Virus record (IMG/VR): IMGVR_UViG_2703718872_000032
DNA: 25,173 nt
DNA from: a virus
Taxonomy: Duplodnaviria; Heunggongvirae; Uroviricota; Caudoviricetes
Strand: one strand, 5' to 3'
Below are positions 1-8,406 of this stretch, one piece after another; the first letter of the stretch is position 1; the number at the start of each line of letters is the position of its first letter. The notes below the pieces were generated by a model. That model saw only the letters and a list, made by a program, of their open reading frames with translations, did no database searches and had not been told where the DNA came from. A program made the translations under genes and the position numbers.

Positions 1-1020
1 ATGAAAAGCATATTAATTGAAAAACCGAATCAACTGGCGATTGTCGAACGTGAAATACCCACCCCGTCAGCGGGTGAAGTACGAGTAAAAGTGAAACTTG
101 CCGGAATTTGTGGTTCAGATAGCCATATTTATCGTGGGCATAATCCTTTTGCGAAATATCCGCGCGTCATTGGACATGAATTCTTTGGCGTCATTGATGC
201 GGTGGGTGACGGCGTGGAAAGCGCCAGAGTCGGTGAACGTGTTGCTGTCGATCCGGTGGTCAGCTGTGGGCATTGCTATCCGTGCTCTATAGGTAAACCG
301 AACGTTTGTACGACACTTGCTGTATTAGGTGTGCACGCTGACGGTGGTTTCAGTGAATATGCCGTGGTTCCGGCAAAAAATGCGTGGAAAATTCCTGAAG
401 CAGTGGCCGATCAATATGCGGTGATGATCGAACCTTTTACCATTGCGGCTAACGTAACCGGACATGGTCAACCGACTGAAAATGATACCGTTCTGGTTTA
501 TGGTGCCGGTCCAATCGGCCTGACGATCGTTCAGGTATTAAAAGGCGTCTATAACGTTAAAAATGTGATTGTTGCCGATCGCATTGATGAACGACTGGAA
601 AAAGCGAAAGAGAGCGGGGCAGACAGGGCGATTAATAACAGCCAGACACCGCTTGGCGAGATTTTCGCTGAAAAAGGCATCAAGCCGACATTAATTATCG
701 ATGCGGCTTGTCATCCTTCTATCCTGAAAGAGGCCGTAACGCTGGCTTCTCCAGCGGCACGTATTGTATTGATGGGCTTCTCCAGTGAACCGTCTGAAGT
801 GATTCAGCAAGGAATTACCGGAAAAGAACTCTCTATTTTCTCTTCACGCTTAAATGCAAATAAATTTCCGGTTGTTATCGACTGGTTAAGTAAAGGGTTA
901 ATTAAACCAGAAAAATTAATTACCCATACGTTTGATTTCCAGCATGTTGCTGATGCCATTAGTTTATTTGAACAGGATCAAAAACATTGCTGCAAAGTCT
1001 TACTCACTTTTTCCGAATAA
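1..1020 (+). CDS. rspB: Zn-dependent medium-chain alcohol dehydrogenase family oxidoreductase, RspB-like (339 aa)
   Basis: Complete ORF in the track. Zn-ligand motifs (CGSDSH, GHEF, CGHC) and NAD-binding GxGxxG (VYGAGPIGL). N-terminus matches my recollection of E. coli RspB, the chromosomal neighbour of the Qin integrase end. Confidence 0.8.
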   Translation: MKSILIEKPNQLAIVEREIPTPSAGEVRVKVKLAGICGSDSHIYRGHNPFAKYPRVIGHEFFGVIDAVGDGVESARVGERVAVDPVVSCGHCYPCSIGKPNVCTTLAVLGVHADGGFSEYAVVPAKNAWKIPEAVADQYAVMIEPFTIAANVTGHGQPTENDTVLVYGAGPIGLTIVQVLKGVYNVKNVIVADRIDERLEKAKESGADRAINNSQTPLGEIFAEKGIKPTLIIDAACHPSILKEAVTLASPAARIVLMGFSSEPSEVIQQGITGKELSIFSSRLNANKFPVVIDWLSKGLIKPEKLITHTFDFQHVADAISLFEQDQKHCCKVLLTFSE

Positions 1021-1077
1021 TACCAATAACGGCGAGTAAGTAGTACGCATCTTACCTCTTTTTTAGAGATAACCATT

Positions 1078-1188
1078 ATGACAATAGAAAAACATGAAAG
1101 AAGCACTAAGGATTTGGTGAAAGCAGCAGTATCGGGATGGCTGGGCACTGCGCTTGAATTTATGGATTTCAAGAGTCATGCGTGTTAA
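1078..1188 (+). pseudogene. ydfJ: 5' stub of an MFS transporter gene (ydfJ-like) truncated by prophage insertion
   Basis: Translates MTIEKHERSTKDLVKAAVSGWLGTALEF then diverges (MDFKSHAC, stop). I recall this as the YdfJ N-terminus; Qin is known to interrupt ydfJ. Divergence point near 1161 marks the host/prophage junction. Confidence 0.5.
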
Positions 1189-1207
1189 CTATTTGATAAA
1201 TATTAAA

Positions 1208-2503
1208 TTAATTTTTCATTGCTTCGTTATGGGGCATGGTTGGGGCAAACTCGCTTAACTGTGTATTTAACAAAGCTACCTGTGCATTATTGTTTTCAGA
1301 CATCCATTTTCCGTATACCTGAAATACCATTTGCGCATCTGCATGGCCCATCTGGTTTGCTATAAATGCCGGGTTAGCACCAGCTGTCAGCGACCAGCAG
1401 GCATAAGTATGTCTCGACTGATATGATTTTCGATGGCGGAGTCCGGCACGTTTTATCGCTGCGTCCCACATCTGCCTTATTGAGTCAACGGTAAAATGGT
1501 CACCATAATTTTTTACTCTCGCTGACACTTCAGGTTGAAAAACAAAGGTGCATTTTTGTTTTTCTGTTCTGCCATACTCTCTGAGGTGAACATCAATGAT
1601 ATGCTCTTTGCTCAGTCTCGTTAATGTCATCTGACTCCGGAGAGCGTCGATTGCTGGCTTAATAAGATGAATGACCCGATTGGTTCCCGCCTGTGTTTTT
1701 GGTACCGTGAAACGGTCTTTTGCTAAATTTCTCCTGATCATCATTGTTCCATTTTTCAGATCTATGTCCTCCCATCCAAGTGCACACAGCTCACCAGGGC
1801 GAACGCCAGTATAAACAGAAACACACCATAAATTTTTTGCTTGCTGATTTCTGCACGCATCGATAAGACGGATAAATTCTTCCCGCGAAAGAGGATCCGG
1901 AATGGTTCTTGATTCCTTTAATGGCGAGATCCCCTTAAACGGATTATCTGCCAGGTAACCGTTATCAACACCAAACTGGAACACGGCGTTAAGATTTGTC
2001 ATGTAATTATTTACAGTTACAGCCGATCTCCCTGGTTGTGTAACAATATAGTTACTTTTGGGGATCTGGTATCCAGTCAGTAACTCTTTACGAGCCTCCA
2101 GTAATTTTTCTTTATTAATCGATGAGGCAAGATTTTTTTCACCGATTATGCTCAGGATATTTTTGATGACGGCACGGTATGTGTTGAGTGATGTTTTGGC
2201 GACTTCAGTTTCTTTCAGTGCCAGAAATTTTTCAGCCAGTTCTTTTATGGTTAAATCTTGTCGGGCCTCACCAAATTTTTCCAGATTGCGTGAGGAGGGA
2301 AACTGTTTTGCATAGTCGAAAACACCAGTTTTTATTGCGTAACAAACAGAGGAGCGTAGTTCACCTGCAACGCGCCTGTTTTTTGCTGTGTCAGGAACCC
2401 CCAGATTTTCCCTGACTCTTACGCCTTTATAAACAAACCAGATACGTAATTTCCCTCCATGGTTTTCCACGCCTGTCGGATATTTCATTTCAACTTCTCT
2501 CAT
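1208..2503 (-). CDS. Phage tyrosine integrase (lambda Int family), apparently intact
   Basis: 431-aa ORF (426 aa if it starts at the second ATG, 2488). C-terminal catalytic region with conserved R...HxxR...Y pattern (RHRKSYQSRHTYA ... HADAQMVFQVY). Sits adjacent to the chromosome junction. Confidence 0.85.
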   Translation of the reverse strand: MREVEMKYPTGVENHGGKLRIWFVYKGVRVRENLGVPDTAKNRRVAGELRSSVCYAIKTGVFDYAKQFPSSRNLEKFGEARQDLTIKELAEKFLALKETEVAKTSLNTYRAVIKNILSIIGEKNLASSINKEKLLEARKELLTGYQIPKSNYIVTQPGRSAVTVNNYMTNLNAVFQFGVDNGYLADNPFKGISPLKESRTIPDPLSREEFIRLIDACRNQQAKNLWCVSVYTGVRPGELCALGWEDIDLKNGTMMIRRNLAKDRFTVPKTQAGTNRVIHLIKPAIDALRSQMTLTRLSKEHIIDVHLREYGRTEKQKCTFVFQPEVSARVKNYGDHFTVDSIRQMWDAAIKRAGLRHRKSYQSRHTYACWSLTAGANPAFIANQMGHADAQMVFQVYGKWMSENNNAQVALLNTQLSEFAPTMPHNEAMKN

Positions 2504-2522
2504 TAGTTAGTGTGGCTTTTAG

Positions 2523-2774
2523 TCAAGTAAGATGACGTCTTGGTCTCGCTGATGCCTGGCGCTCAATCCAGCGATCAATTTCTTCCAGGTTGTAAAAGCA
2601 TGGACTGTTATCCCATGGCATACCGTCATGAGCGACATGCTTATATTCCCTTCCTTCCATAAACGATTTTTCCCGGGCCTTTTTTAACGTACCTTTTTTT
2701 ATTCCTTTCAGCGCAATTAACTGCTCTTCGGATACCCATTTGCCGGGAGAGACAATCATGATTACTTCGCTCAT
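2523..2774 (-). CDS. Excisionase-like / small DNA-binding protein
   Basis: 83-aa ORF immediately upstream of int on the same strand, basic, in the canonical xis position. No specific family recognised by eye. Confidence 0.5.
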   Translation of the reverse strand: MSEVIMIVSPGKWVSEEQLIALKGIKKGTLKKAREKSFMEGREYKHVAHDGMPWDNSPCFYNLEEIDRWIERQASARPRRHLT

Positions 2775-2846
2775 CGATTTCTTTATCTCTTACATCAGAC
2801 GAGCGCCGGTTGCAGAATACCAGTCACAACCGGCGACAGTTGAACA

Positions 2847-5324
2847 TTAAGAATCAGCCTGACTCGGGATCAGTTTTTGCCAGATAACTGAAACGTATTT
2901 TGCCTGGTAACGGGCGTCATCAAGTGCATTATGGCGCTCACCTTCGAATGGAATAGCCGTTCTGGCATCGAAGTCTATGGCTTTCCCCAGCTCAACGATT
3001 GTGCGTACATCGCGATCGTTGTAGTAACGCCACGGGCAGGGGATCCCCTGCCGCTCGTATGAACGGCGCAAAATCGTGTTGTCGAAGTTGGCTCCATTTC
3101 CCCAGACCTGAACAAAAAATTCACCGGAGTTTTCGTCGATAAATTCCCGCAATTGTAACAGTGCATCATCTAACGGGATTTCATCGGTCATAATGGCAGA
3201 TTGCGCTTCGCGTGATTGCTTAAGCCACCATTTAATGGTGTCCCGATCAATGACTCCGCCAGCAGTTTCCAGATCGATAGTCTTACTAAATTCCGGTCCC
3301 ATATCTCCGGTTTGCGGATCGAAAAATATTGCACCTATTGAGATGATCGGGGCATCAGGATTTTTTCCCATGGTTTCAAGGTCGATCATTAGATGGTCAC
3401 ACGTCCTGCTGGTGGATGTGATTTCGTGATGACCGTTCACCTTAATTGAGCGATCTGCCGTCTCGCCAGTTTCATTATCGCTATCGTGATGCTGATTGCC
3501 GCCAGTGTTCTCCTTGTGTGGATGTTCAGCGCCTTCCATTTCCTCCGGATCATCTTCCTGAACTTCAACCTGATACTCTTCATCGAATGTTTCCTGGTAT
3601 GTTGCGTCGCCCATCACCGCGCCACAATCAGGGCAGTTGCCGCCGCCGGTCTGACCGCAGGCGGTGCAGACTTTTTCCACTTCCTGTTGCGCCACTGGTT
3701 CAGGCTGTTTCGTTTCTGGCTCGTTTTGTAACGCATTTGGGCTGTTTTGTTCCGCTTTTTGGTAGTTCCGTTCCGATTCATGCTGGTTCTGGTTCACAGA
3801 ATCGCGGGTCTGGATCCCCTTAACCCATTTCGGATCATTCGGGTCACTAATCCCTTCAACAAATTCACCACGTGATGCAGCAAGCAACTTATCGGCGTCA
3901 GGCTGGCTGATATTGGCTGCCTGCATAATTTTGTTTACTTCGTCAGCGGTAACTTTTATCGGCTCTGGTTGTTCTGAATCTTCAGCGGTATCTACATTTT
4001 GCGGTAAGCCCGTGTATGTGCCATTTTTTCGGGCAAAATATTCTTCTTTTGTGATTTCAGTGGCGCCAGCAGCCAGTGCCTTATCCAGACCAGAAAGTTT
4101 GTTTGCGCGACCGTATTTTTCTCCGTCCTTATCTGCGAAGAGGAAATAGAACGGCCCCTCACGCTCTACAGATGGTTCAGCTTCCGGCGCGGTTTCATTT
4201 TTTGGGATATCAGATACCTCGGTTTCCACTGCATCAGTTTGTGTTTCTGATGACTGGAGAACATCAACAGTGCCCGGGTCTGTTTCTTCATTCTCAAACA
4301 CGCCCTTTGTCGTCAGGTATTCGCAGATATATTTGTTCAGTGCTACGGGATCTTTGTGAATGTCGATCGGACGCTCACGGACAAGGCCAAAAATAGTTTG
4401 GCGGTCGTAGCGAAGGGCATCAGGCTGTTTGCGCATTGATGCCGAGATACGCTTCCAGTCTTCGCGGTCGTTGTCGATAACTTCTTTTTTTGCCCAGCGA
4501 TGGATGCTGCCGTCAATGTTTCCGGCATCCACATCACCAGGCCAGAGAGCGTAGGCCAGTTCGTCATCCAGTGTTTTCCATGTCTGCTTGTATTCGCGAT
4601 GAATGGCAGCAATGACCGGGCTGATTTTTCCTGTTGAATTTTCAGTGTACTGTTGATTGGCTTTGGCGCGGGCGAGATCAACAACAGACGTGTATTTTCC
4701 GGTTTCCTTGCGTTCACCTTCGCGACGTTTTTTCCAGATGCGCATCTCTGCCTGAATTTCGGGCCATTTAGCACCAGGAATACATTTATGCTTAACCCAC
4801 CCAATGGCGTGCAACTTAAGCTCCGGATACATGGCGTTAACTTCTGGCATTTTCATCAACGCTTCAACGATATGTCCGTCGAATGTTGCCATGTCTTCCT
4901 GCAACAATTCCTGTGCGCTAATAACCATATCAACGGTGATGTTTTCACATGTGTCGAACTTAACCATGACAGCGTTCTGTACTTCAGGGGCCAGCTTGTC
5001 AAAAGTGACGTTCATCGGATCGGATTCAGTCTCAACCGGGACAAAAGAAGCAGACTCCTCATCCCAGCGGTTTTCCTGCATATATTCAGCATCCCATGAA
5101 TCGAGGGCAGGGCGGGGTATGCCAGGTTTATCCTCGCAGACAATAAATTTATAAGCGCAGTCCTGAGCAGCCGGATAATGTTCCAGGAACTGCCAGTGAA
5201 ATTTTGCTCGAGCACGGCGTTCGTCGCCAGCTTCAATGGCTGTGGCTACAGCCACAGCCACAGCGCCTTCTTCCCTTGTTGCCAGTTCGTCAGGAATAGC
5301 GGCGCAAATAAAGACTTTACTCAT
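2847..5324 (-). CDS. ydfE: YdfE-family protein with C-terminal DnaQ-like 3'-5' exonuclease domain (annotated in prophages as exodeoxyribonuclease VIII-like), 825 aa
   Basis: N-terminus MSKVFICAAIPDELATREEG matches my recollection of YdfE. C-terminal region has DEDD-type motifs (MIDLETMG ... HNALDDARYQ). Long acidic low-complexity linker in the middle. Confidence 0.8.
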   Translation of the reverse strand: MSKVFICAAIPDELATREEGAVAVAVATAIEAGDERRARAKFHWQFLEHYPAAQDCAYKFIVCEDKPGIPRPALDSWDAEYMQENRWDEESASFVPVETESDPMNVTFDKLAPEVQNAVMVKFDTCENITVDMVISAQELLQEDMATFDGHIVEALMKMPEVNAMYPELKLHAIGWVKHKCIPGAKWPEIQAEMRIWKKRREGERKETGKYTSVVDLARAKANQQYTENSTGKISPVIAAIHREYKQTWKTLDDELAYALWPGDVDAGNIDGSIHRWAKKEVIDNDREDWKRISASMRKQPDALRYDRQTIFGLVRERPIDIHKDPVALNKYICEYLTTKGVFENEETDPGTVDVLQSSETQTDAVETEVSDIPKNETAPEAEPSVEREGPFYFLFADKDGEKYGRANKLSGLDKALAAGATEITKEEYFARKNGTYTGLPQNVDTAEDSEQPEPIKVTADEVNKIMQAANISQPDADKLLAASRGEFVEGISDPNDPKWVKGIQTRDSVNQNQHESERNYQKAEQNSPNALQNEPETKQPEPVAQQEVEKVCTACGQTGGGNCPDCGAVMGDATYQETFDEEYQVEVQEDDPEEMEGAEHPHKENTGGNQHHDSDNETGETADRSIKVNGHHEITSTSRTCDHLMIDLETMGKNPDAPIISIGAIFFDPQTGDMGPEFSKTIDLETAGGVIDRDTIKWWLKQSREAQSAIMTDEIPLDDALLQLREFIDENSGEFFVQVWGNGANFDNTILRRSYERQGIPCPWRYYNDRDVRTIVELGKAIDFDARTAIPFEGERHNALDDARYQAKYVSVIWQKLIPSQADS

Positions 5325-5417
5325 TTTGTTTTAACCTCATGACAGATTTAAGGATGAACAAATCCCTGCCATTGCTGGCATATAAGAATGAAACCGGATA
5401 TTTATTACGGAACTGTT

Positions 5418-5609
5418 TTAAAGACCTGCCGGGATTTCGATATTATCCTGGTGAATAACTTTATCGACCGGGTAACAGTTACCGGGAATTTTCTGTTCGG
5501 TTGCTGCAGTCATACACTCCTGCATTGTCCTGTGAACACTGACTGCAATATCAACTGGCTCTCCGGAAACAAGAAAAACTGTCAGAACAAGCGCAAATGC
5601 TGAATTCAT
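5418..5609 (-). CDS. ydfD: YdfD small protein with N-terminal hydrophobic segment (63 aa)
   Basis: Internal start MNSAFALVLTVFLVSGEPVD. 4-nt overlap with the dicB stop. Position downstream of dicB as in Qin. Confidence 0.7.
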   Translation of the reverse strand: MNSAFALVLTVFLVSGEPVDIAVSVHRTMQECMTAATEQKIPGNCYPVDKVIHQDNIEIPAGL

Positions 5610-5794
5610 TGTGCACATCCTTTTGGCATCAGACGTAAACGAGCCAGCATTGAAACAATGCATATTTTATTTAATAGCTCCCGTTCTTGTTTTCTCTTGT
5701 TAATGGCATCTTCAGTAAATACAGGGTTACTGATAGTGACACCAATTTCAAAACAACCTTCAGACGTATTAACGTTTGGTAATAACGTTTTCAT
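5606..5794 (-). CDS. dicB: Cell division inhibitor DicB (62 aa)
   Basis: Translation MKTLLPNVNTSEGCFEIGVTISNPVFTEDAINKRKQERELLNKICIVSMLARLRLMPKGCAQ matches DicB as I recall it. The track ORF 5606..5899 is an upstream in-frame extension. Confidence 0.85.
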   Translation of the reverse strand: MKTLLPNVNTSEGCFEIGVTISNPVFTEDAINKRKQERELLNKICIVSMLARLRLMPKGCAQ

Positions 5795-5963
5795 TATCGC
5801 GTCCTCAACAATGAATTTTGTGATGCAGTGCCTGGTGCCTCCAGGTGACGTTAACCAGTTAACAATTAACGCCGGATACAGAGAATCCACCCATAACACT
5901 GTTTTTGGTTTTAACTGTTCCGCGTGCGCTTAGCCGCATTCACCGCATCACAAAATTCACTTT

Positions 5964-6021
5964 AAAAACGGCGGTAGAGCAGTCACGGAGTAAAACTGAT
6001 ACTGCCAAACGTCACCAGAAA
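5964..6021 (-). ncRNA. dicF: DicF small regulatory RNA (ftsZ-targeting) with 3' stem-loop and U-tract
   Basis: Minus-strand sequence tttctggtgacgtttggcagtatcagttttactccgtgactgctctaccgccgttttt matches the DicF sRNA as I recall it; located just upstream of dicB. Confidence 0.8.
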
Positions 6022-6052
6022 ATTGATAACAGAGGGCGTTGCAGCGGGGTTG

Positions 6053-6244
6053 TCACTTAAGCGTATGGTCAACCTGACAACTCGGTGTCCTCAACGGGGA
6101 AGGAATAACCCCGCCATACTTACCGCCGCGCCATTTCGCGGGTTGCCACAACCGGAAGCGCACGGTCGAATTAAATTTAACGACACCGTACAGTGAGACG
6201 AACTTCGCCGTGCGCTTTCGTGTTGTGTGCCTGCTTTTAACCAC
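6053..6244 (-). CDS. Small ORF in the ydfC position (doubtful coding)
   Basis: 63-aa ORF between the ydfB-like ORF and dicF. R/S/P-rich and protein-unlike; a second ORF in another frame overlaps it (6091..6276). May simply be part of the dicF precursor transcript. Confidence 0.2.
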   Translation of the reverse strand: MVKSRHTTRKRTAKFVSLYGVVKFNSTVRFRLWQPAKWRGGKYGGVIPSPLRTPSCQVDHTLK

Positions 6245-6280
6245 GTCAGGCGAGGTGGTATCCTTAAAATCACCACAGTT

Positions 6281-6856
6281 TTAAGGATTCATTAAGCAAT
6301 GTCGCAACCACCAATAAATCCGCTTAAGAACATGAAAATTGATTACTGGTATAAAGCGCTTACAGTTGTTGGCGCTGCGTTGTTTGTCTTTAATGGAACG
6401 TCTTTTTTTGACAGATATCCCGTTGTTCCATTGGGTTTTTTGTCCTCCGGCATCTTTTTTATTGGTTTGGGGGAGTGGATTAATCACCCTCTCAAGGTGA
6501 GATTTATTGGTCCTGGAGTTTGGACTCGTGGATATAATCGTTCTTCGTGCGCACTCGGTATCATCTTCGACATACTTGGTTGTTTCCTGATTGTTACAGG
6601 AGTCGTCAAGTTCTTCTGATGTAAAACCGCAAATGGGGCACGTAACGGGAATTTTGAAAAGCGTTTCTCCGGGTTCCAGAACAAAATTTTCTGCGGTCTG
6701 ATTTTGCTTCTCATATTTGTGCTCCGCGTCATTGTGAGAGCACATTCTTATTCTGAGTGCCTGTTTAAACTCACTGAAGCTGAGAGCTTCTTCGCCTTCG
6801 GCAAGGCCTTCGAAGTATTCTTCGTAAGCCTTTTCCATGATTGTGTCGAAATCCAT
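6281..6856 (-). CDS. Hypothetical acidic protein with CPICG motif (YdfB-like N-terminus); 3' extent uncertain
   Basis: Start MDFDTIMEKAYEEYFEGLAEGEE lies directly after ydfA. The first ~100 aa look protein-like; the tail is low-complexity and overlaps a plus-strand ORF (6299..6619), so the true stop is uncertain. Confidence 0.4.
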   Translation of the reverse strand: MDFDTIMEKAYEEYFEGLAEGEEALSFSEFKQALRIRMCSHNDAEHKYEKQNQTAENFVLEPGETLFKIPVTCPICGFTSEELDDSCNNQETTKYVEDDTECARRTIISTSPNSRTNKSHLERVINPLPQTNKKDAGGQKTQWNNGISVKKRRSIKDKQRSANNCKRFIPVINFHVLKRIYWWLRHCLMNP

Positions 6857-6857
6857 A

Positions 6858-7013
6858 TCACTCACCTGAGTTTCTTTCCAGCCAGCGACGGGCACCATTT
6901 TCGGTTTTAAACGTTTTGCTTTTGGTATACGTCATCGCGGTGAACGTGCCGTCCTGGTTGGGGAACACGCCACATACCAGAGATTCGCTGTTGCCAAGAT
7001 CGATAGTATCCAT
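6858..7013 (-). CDS. ydfA: YdfA small protein (51 aa)
   Basis: Internal start MDTIDLGNSESLVCGVFPNQDGTFTAMTYTKSKTFKTENGARRWLERNSGE. First gene of the dicB operon, downstream of the promoter at 7091..7119. Confidence 0.65.
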   Translation of the reverse strand: MDTIDLGNSESLVCGVFPNQDGTFTAMTYTKSKTFKTENGARRWLERNSGE

Positions 7014-7090
7014 GCTGACCTCATTTCCCCTTAACGCCGGGGTGGCGGAACTGTTTGCTGAGAACACCGTGCGGTGTGTTGATGTAAACA

Positions 7091-7119
7091 AGATTAGCCA
7101 TGACTAACATATTGGTCAA
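7091..7119 (-). promoter_or_regulatory. Putative dicB-operon promoter with embedded DicA-type operator
   Basis: On the minus strand: TTGACC, 17-nt spacer, TAATCT. The spacer contains the 17-mer ttagccatgactaacat (7094..7110), which is identical to the operator copy at 7640..7656. Confidence 0.5.
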
Positions 7120-7179
7120 GTGATTTTGTATGTTATGGCTAACATAATTGATATAATAAAAGATAACTCATTGATGATG

Positions 7180-7587
7180 TTATCTTTTATTTGTCCGCTG
7201 ACGGGCTTTTAGTAATTCTTCAAAGAGTTTATTGAAATTTTTTACTCGAGCTCGCATTTCGGCGAGCTGGGTATCCTGTTCTGATTCTGGCAGTGCATTA
7301 AACAGCTCAAGGAGCTCTAGTTCTTTGGGGGCTAAGGCAACCGGCTTCTCAACAGGTGGTGTTGGTTGCTTGTCTTCATCGCCAAATAGAATCCATGTTG
7401 GTGAGCATTGCAATACTTTGCTGAGGGCAAAAAGGTTCTTCCCTGTAGGTTCACTATCATCCCGTTCCCATTGTGATACAGACACATGGGAGATTTTCAG
7501 GGCTTTAGCAAGAGACCTTTGGGTGTGTTTGAGGTTTTTCCGACGATACCTAATGCGTTCGCCGATGGTTAAATTTTTTGTATCCAT
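7180..7587 (-). CDS. dicA: Repressor DicA (XRE-family HTH, 135 aa)
   Basis: MDTKNLTIGERIRYRRKNLKHTQRSLAKALKISHVSVSQWER... matches DicA as I recall it. Divergent from dicC. Confidence 0.9.
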   Translation of the reverse strand: MDTKNLTIGERIRYRRKNLKHTQRSLAKALKISHVSVSQWERDDSEPTGKNLFALSKVLQCSPTWILFGDEDKQPTPPVEKPVALAPKELELLELFNALPESEQDTQLAEMRARVKNFNKLFEELLKARQRTNKR

Positions 7588-7670
7588 AGTTAGCTAATGC
7601 TAAATCGTATTGACTATGTTTTTGTTAACATCTATTTTGTTAGCCATGACTAACATCTAAGGTGTTTTAA
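7588..7670. promoter_or_regulatory. dicA/dicC divergent control region with operators
   Basis: Palindrome TTAGC-TAAT-GCTAA (7590..7603) abuts the dicA start. Plus-strand promoter TTGACT (7610..7615), 17-nt spacer, TATTTT (7633..7638), followed by operator gttagccatgactaacat (7639..7656) just before dicC. Confidence 0.55.
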
Positions 7671-7901
7671 ATGCTTAAAACTGACGCTCTTTTGTATTTC
7701 GGTTCAAAAACAAAACTTGCACAAGCAGCAGGTATTCGTTTGGCTTCGCTTTATAGCTGGAAAGGGGATTTAGTTCCCGAAGGTCGCGCGATGCGTCTAC
7801 AGGAGGCATCTGGCGGGGAGCTTCAGTATGATCCCAAAGTTTATGACGAATATCGTAAGACGAAGCGGGCGGGGCGGTTGAACAATGAAAATCACTCCTG
7901 A
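7671..7901 (+). CDS. dicC: Cro-like regulator DicC (76 aa)
   Basis: MLKTDALLYFGSKTKLAQAAGIRLASLYSWKGDLVPEGRAMRLQEASGGELQYD... matches DicC as I recall it. Confidence 0.9.
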   Translation: MLKTDALLYFGSKTKLAQAAGIRLASLYSWKGDLVPEGRAMRLQEASGGELQYDPKVYDEYRKTKRAGRLNNENHS

Positions 7902-8406
7902 ACAGGCTCGTGAGGCTCTGGATGCCTGGATATGTCGACCAGGAATGACACAGGAGCAGGCGACGATATTAATCACTGAAGCATTCTGGGCTTTGAAAGA
8001 GCGCTCGAACATCGATGTTCAGCGTGTCACATATGAAGGTGGCGCGGTTGATCAGCGAGCGCTTAGCGTTAATCGAGTGAAGATATTTGAACGCTGGAAG
8101 GCTATCGACACCAGGGATAAGCGTGAAAAGTTCACAGCGCTAGTGCCTGCAATTATGGAGGCTATCCGGATTAGTGATTTCAGGTTGTATCGTGAAATTA
8201 GTGACGGAAAGAGCATTACGTACATGATCGCTGGGTTAAATAAAGAATATGGCGATGTGGTGGAGTCCGGACTGCTTTTTGCAGATCCTGCCGTTGTAGA
8301 TCGTGAAACTGACGAACTTATAGAAAAAGCAATTGCTTTCAAGCTTGCGTATCGACAGCAATACCAACAAAAAGCTGGATGGAATTATGAGTCTTCTTTT
8401 TGCTGA
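7885..8406 (+). CDS. YdaT-like / CII-position regulatory protein (173 aa; full-length counterpart of K-12 ydfX?)
   Basis: Follows the cro-like gene. Motif FERWKAIDTRDKREKFTALVPAIMEAI resembles the Rac YdaT motif HRWLKGETKTQREKIQKLIPAILAIL (from memory). Confidence 0.6.
   Translation: MKITPEQAREALDAWICRPGMTQEQATILITEAFWALKERSNIDVQRVTYEGGAVDQRALSVNRVKIFERWKAIDTRDKREKFTALVPAIMEAIRISDFRLYREISDGKSITYMIAGLNKEYGDVVESGLLFADPAVVDRETDELIEKAIAFKLAYRQQYQQKAGWNYESSFC

Noticed and set aside
978-1172. 64-aa minus-strand ORF spanning the rspB 3' end and the ydfJ stub
   Set aside because: It overlaps two better-supported plus-strand features and has no RBS.
1021-1207. Looked for a tRNA or tmRNA gene at the prophage attachment site
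   Set aside because: No tRNA-like cloverleaf (acceptor stem/T-loop GTTC motif) is visible. The junction instead falls inside the 5' end of a ydfJ-like protein-coding gene.
2975-5236. Multiple 60-150 aa ORFs on both strands inside the ydfE gene (e.g. 3446..3823, 4343..4804, 4653..5099)
   Set aside because: They lie within or antisense to a long, well-supported CDS and have low-complexity, protein-unlike compositions. They are typical artefacts of a long acidic gene.
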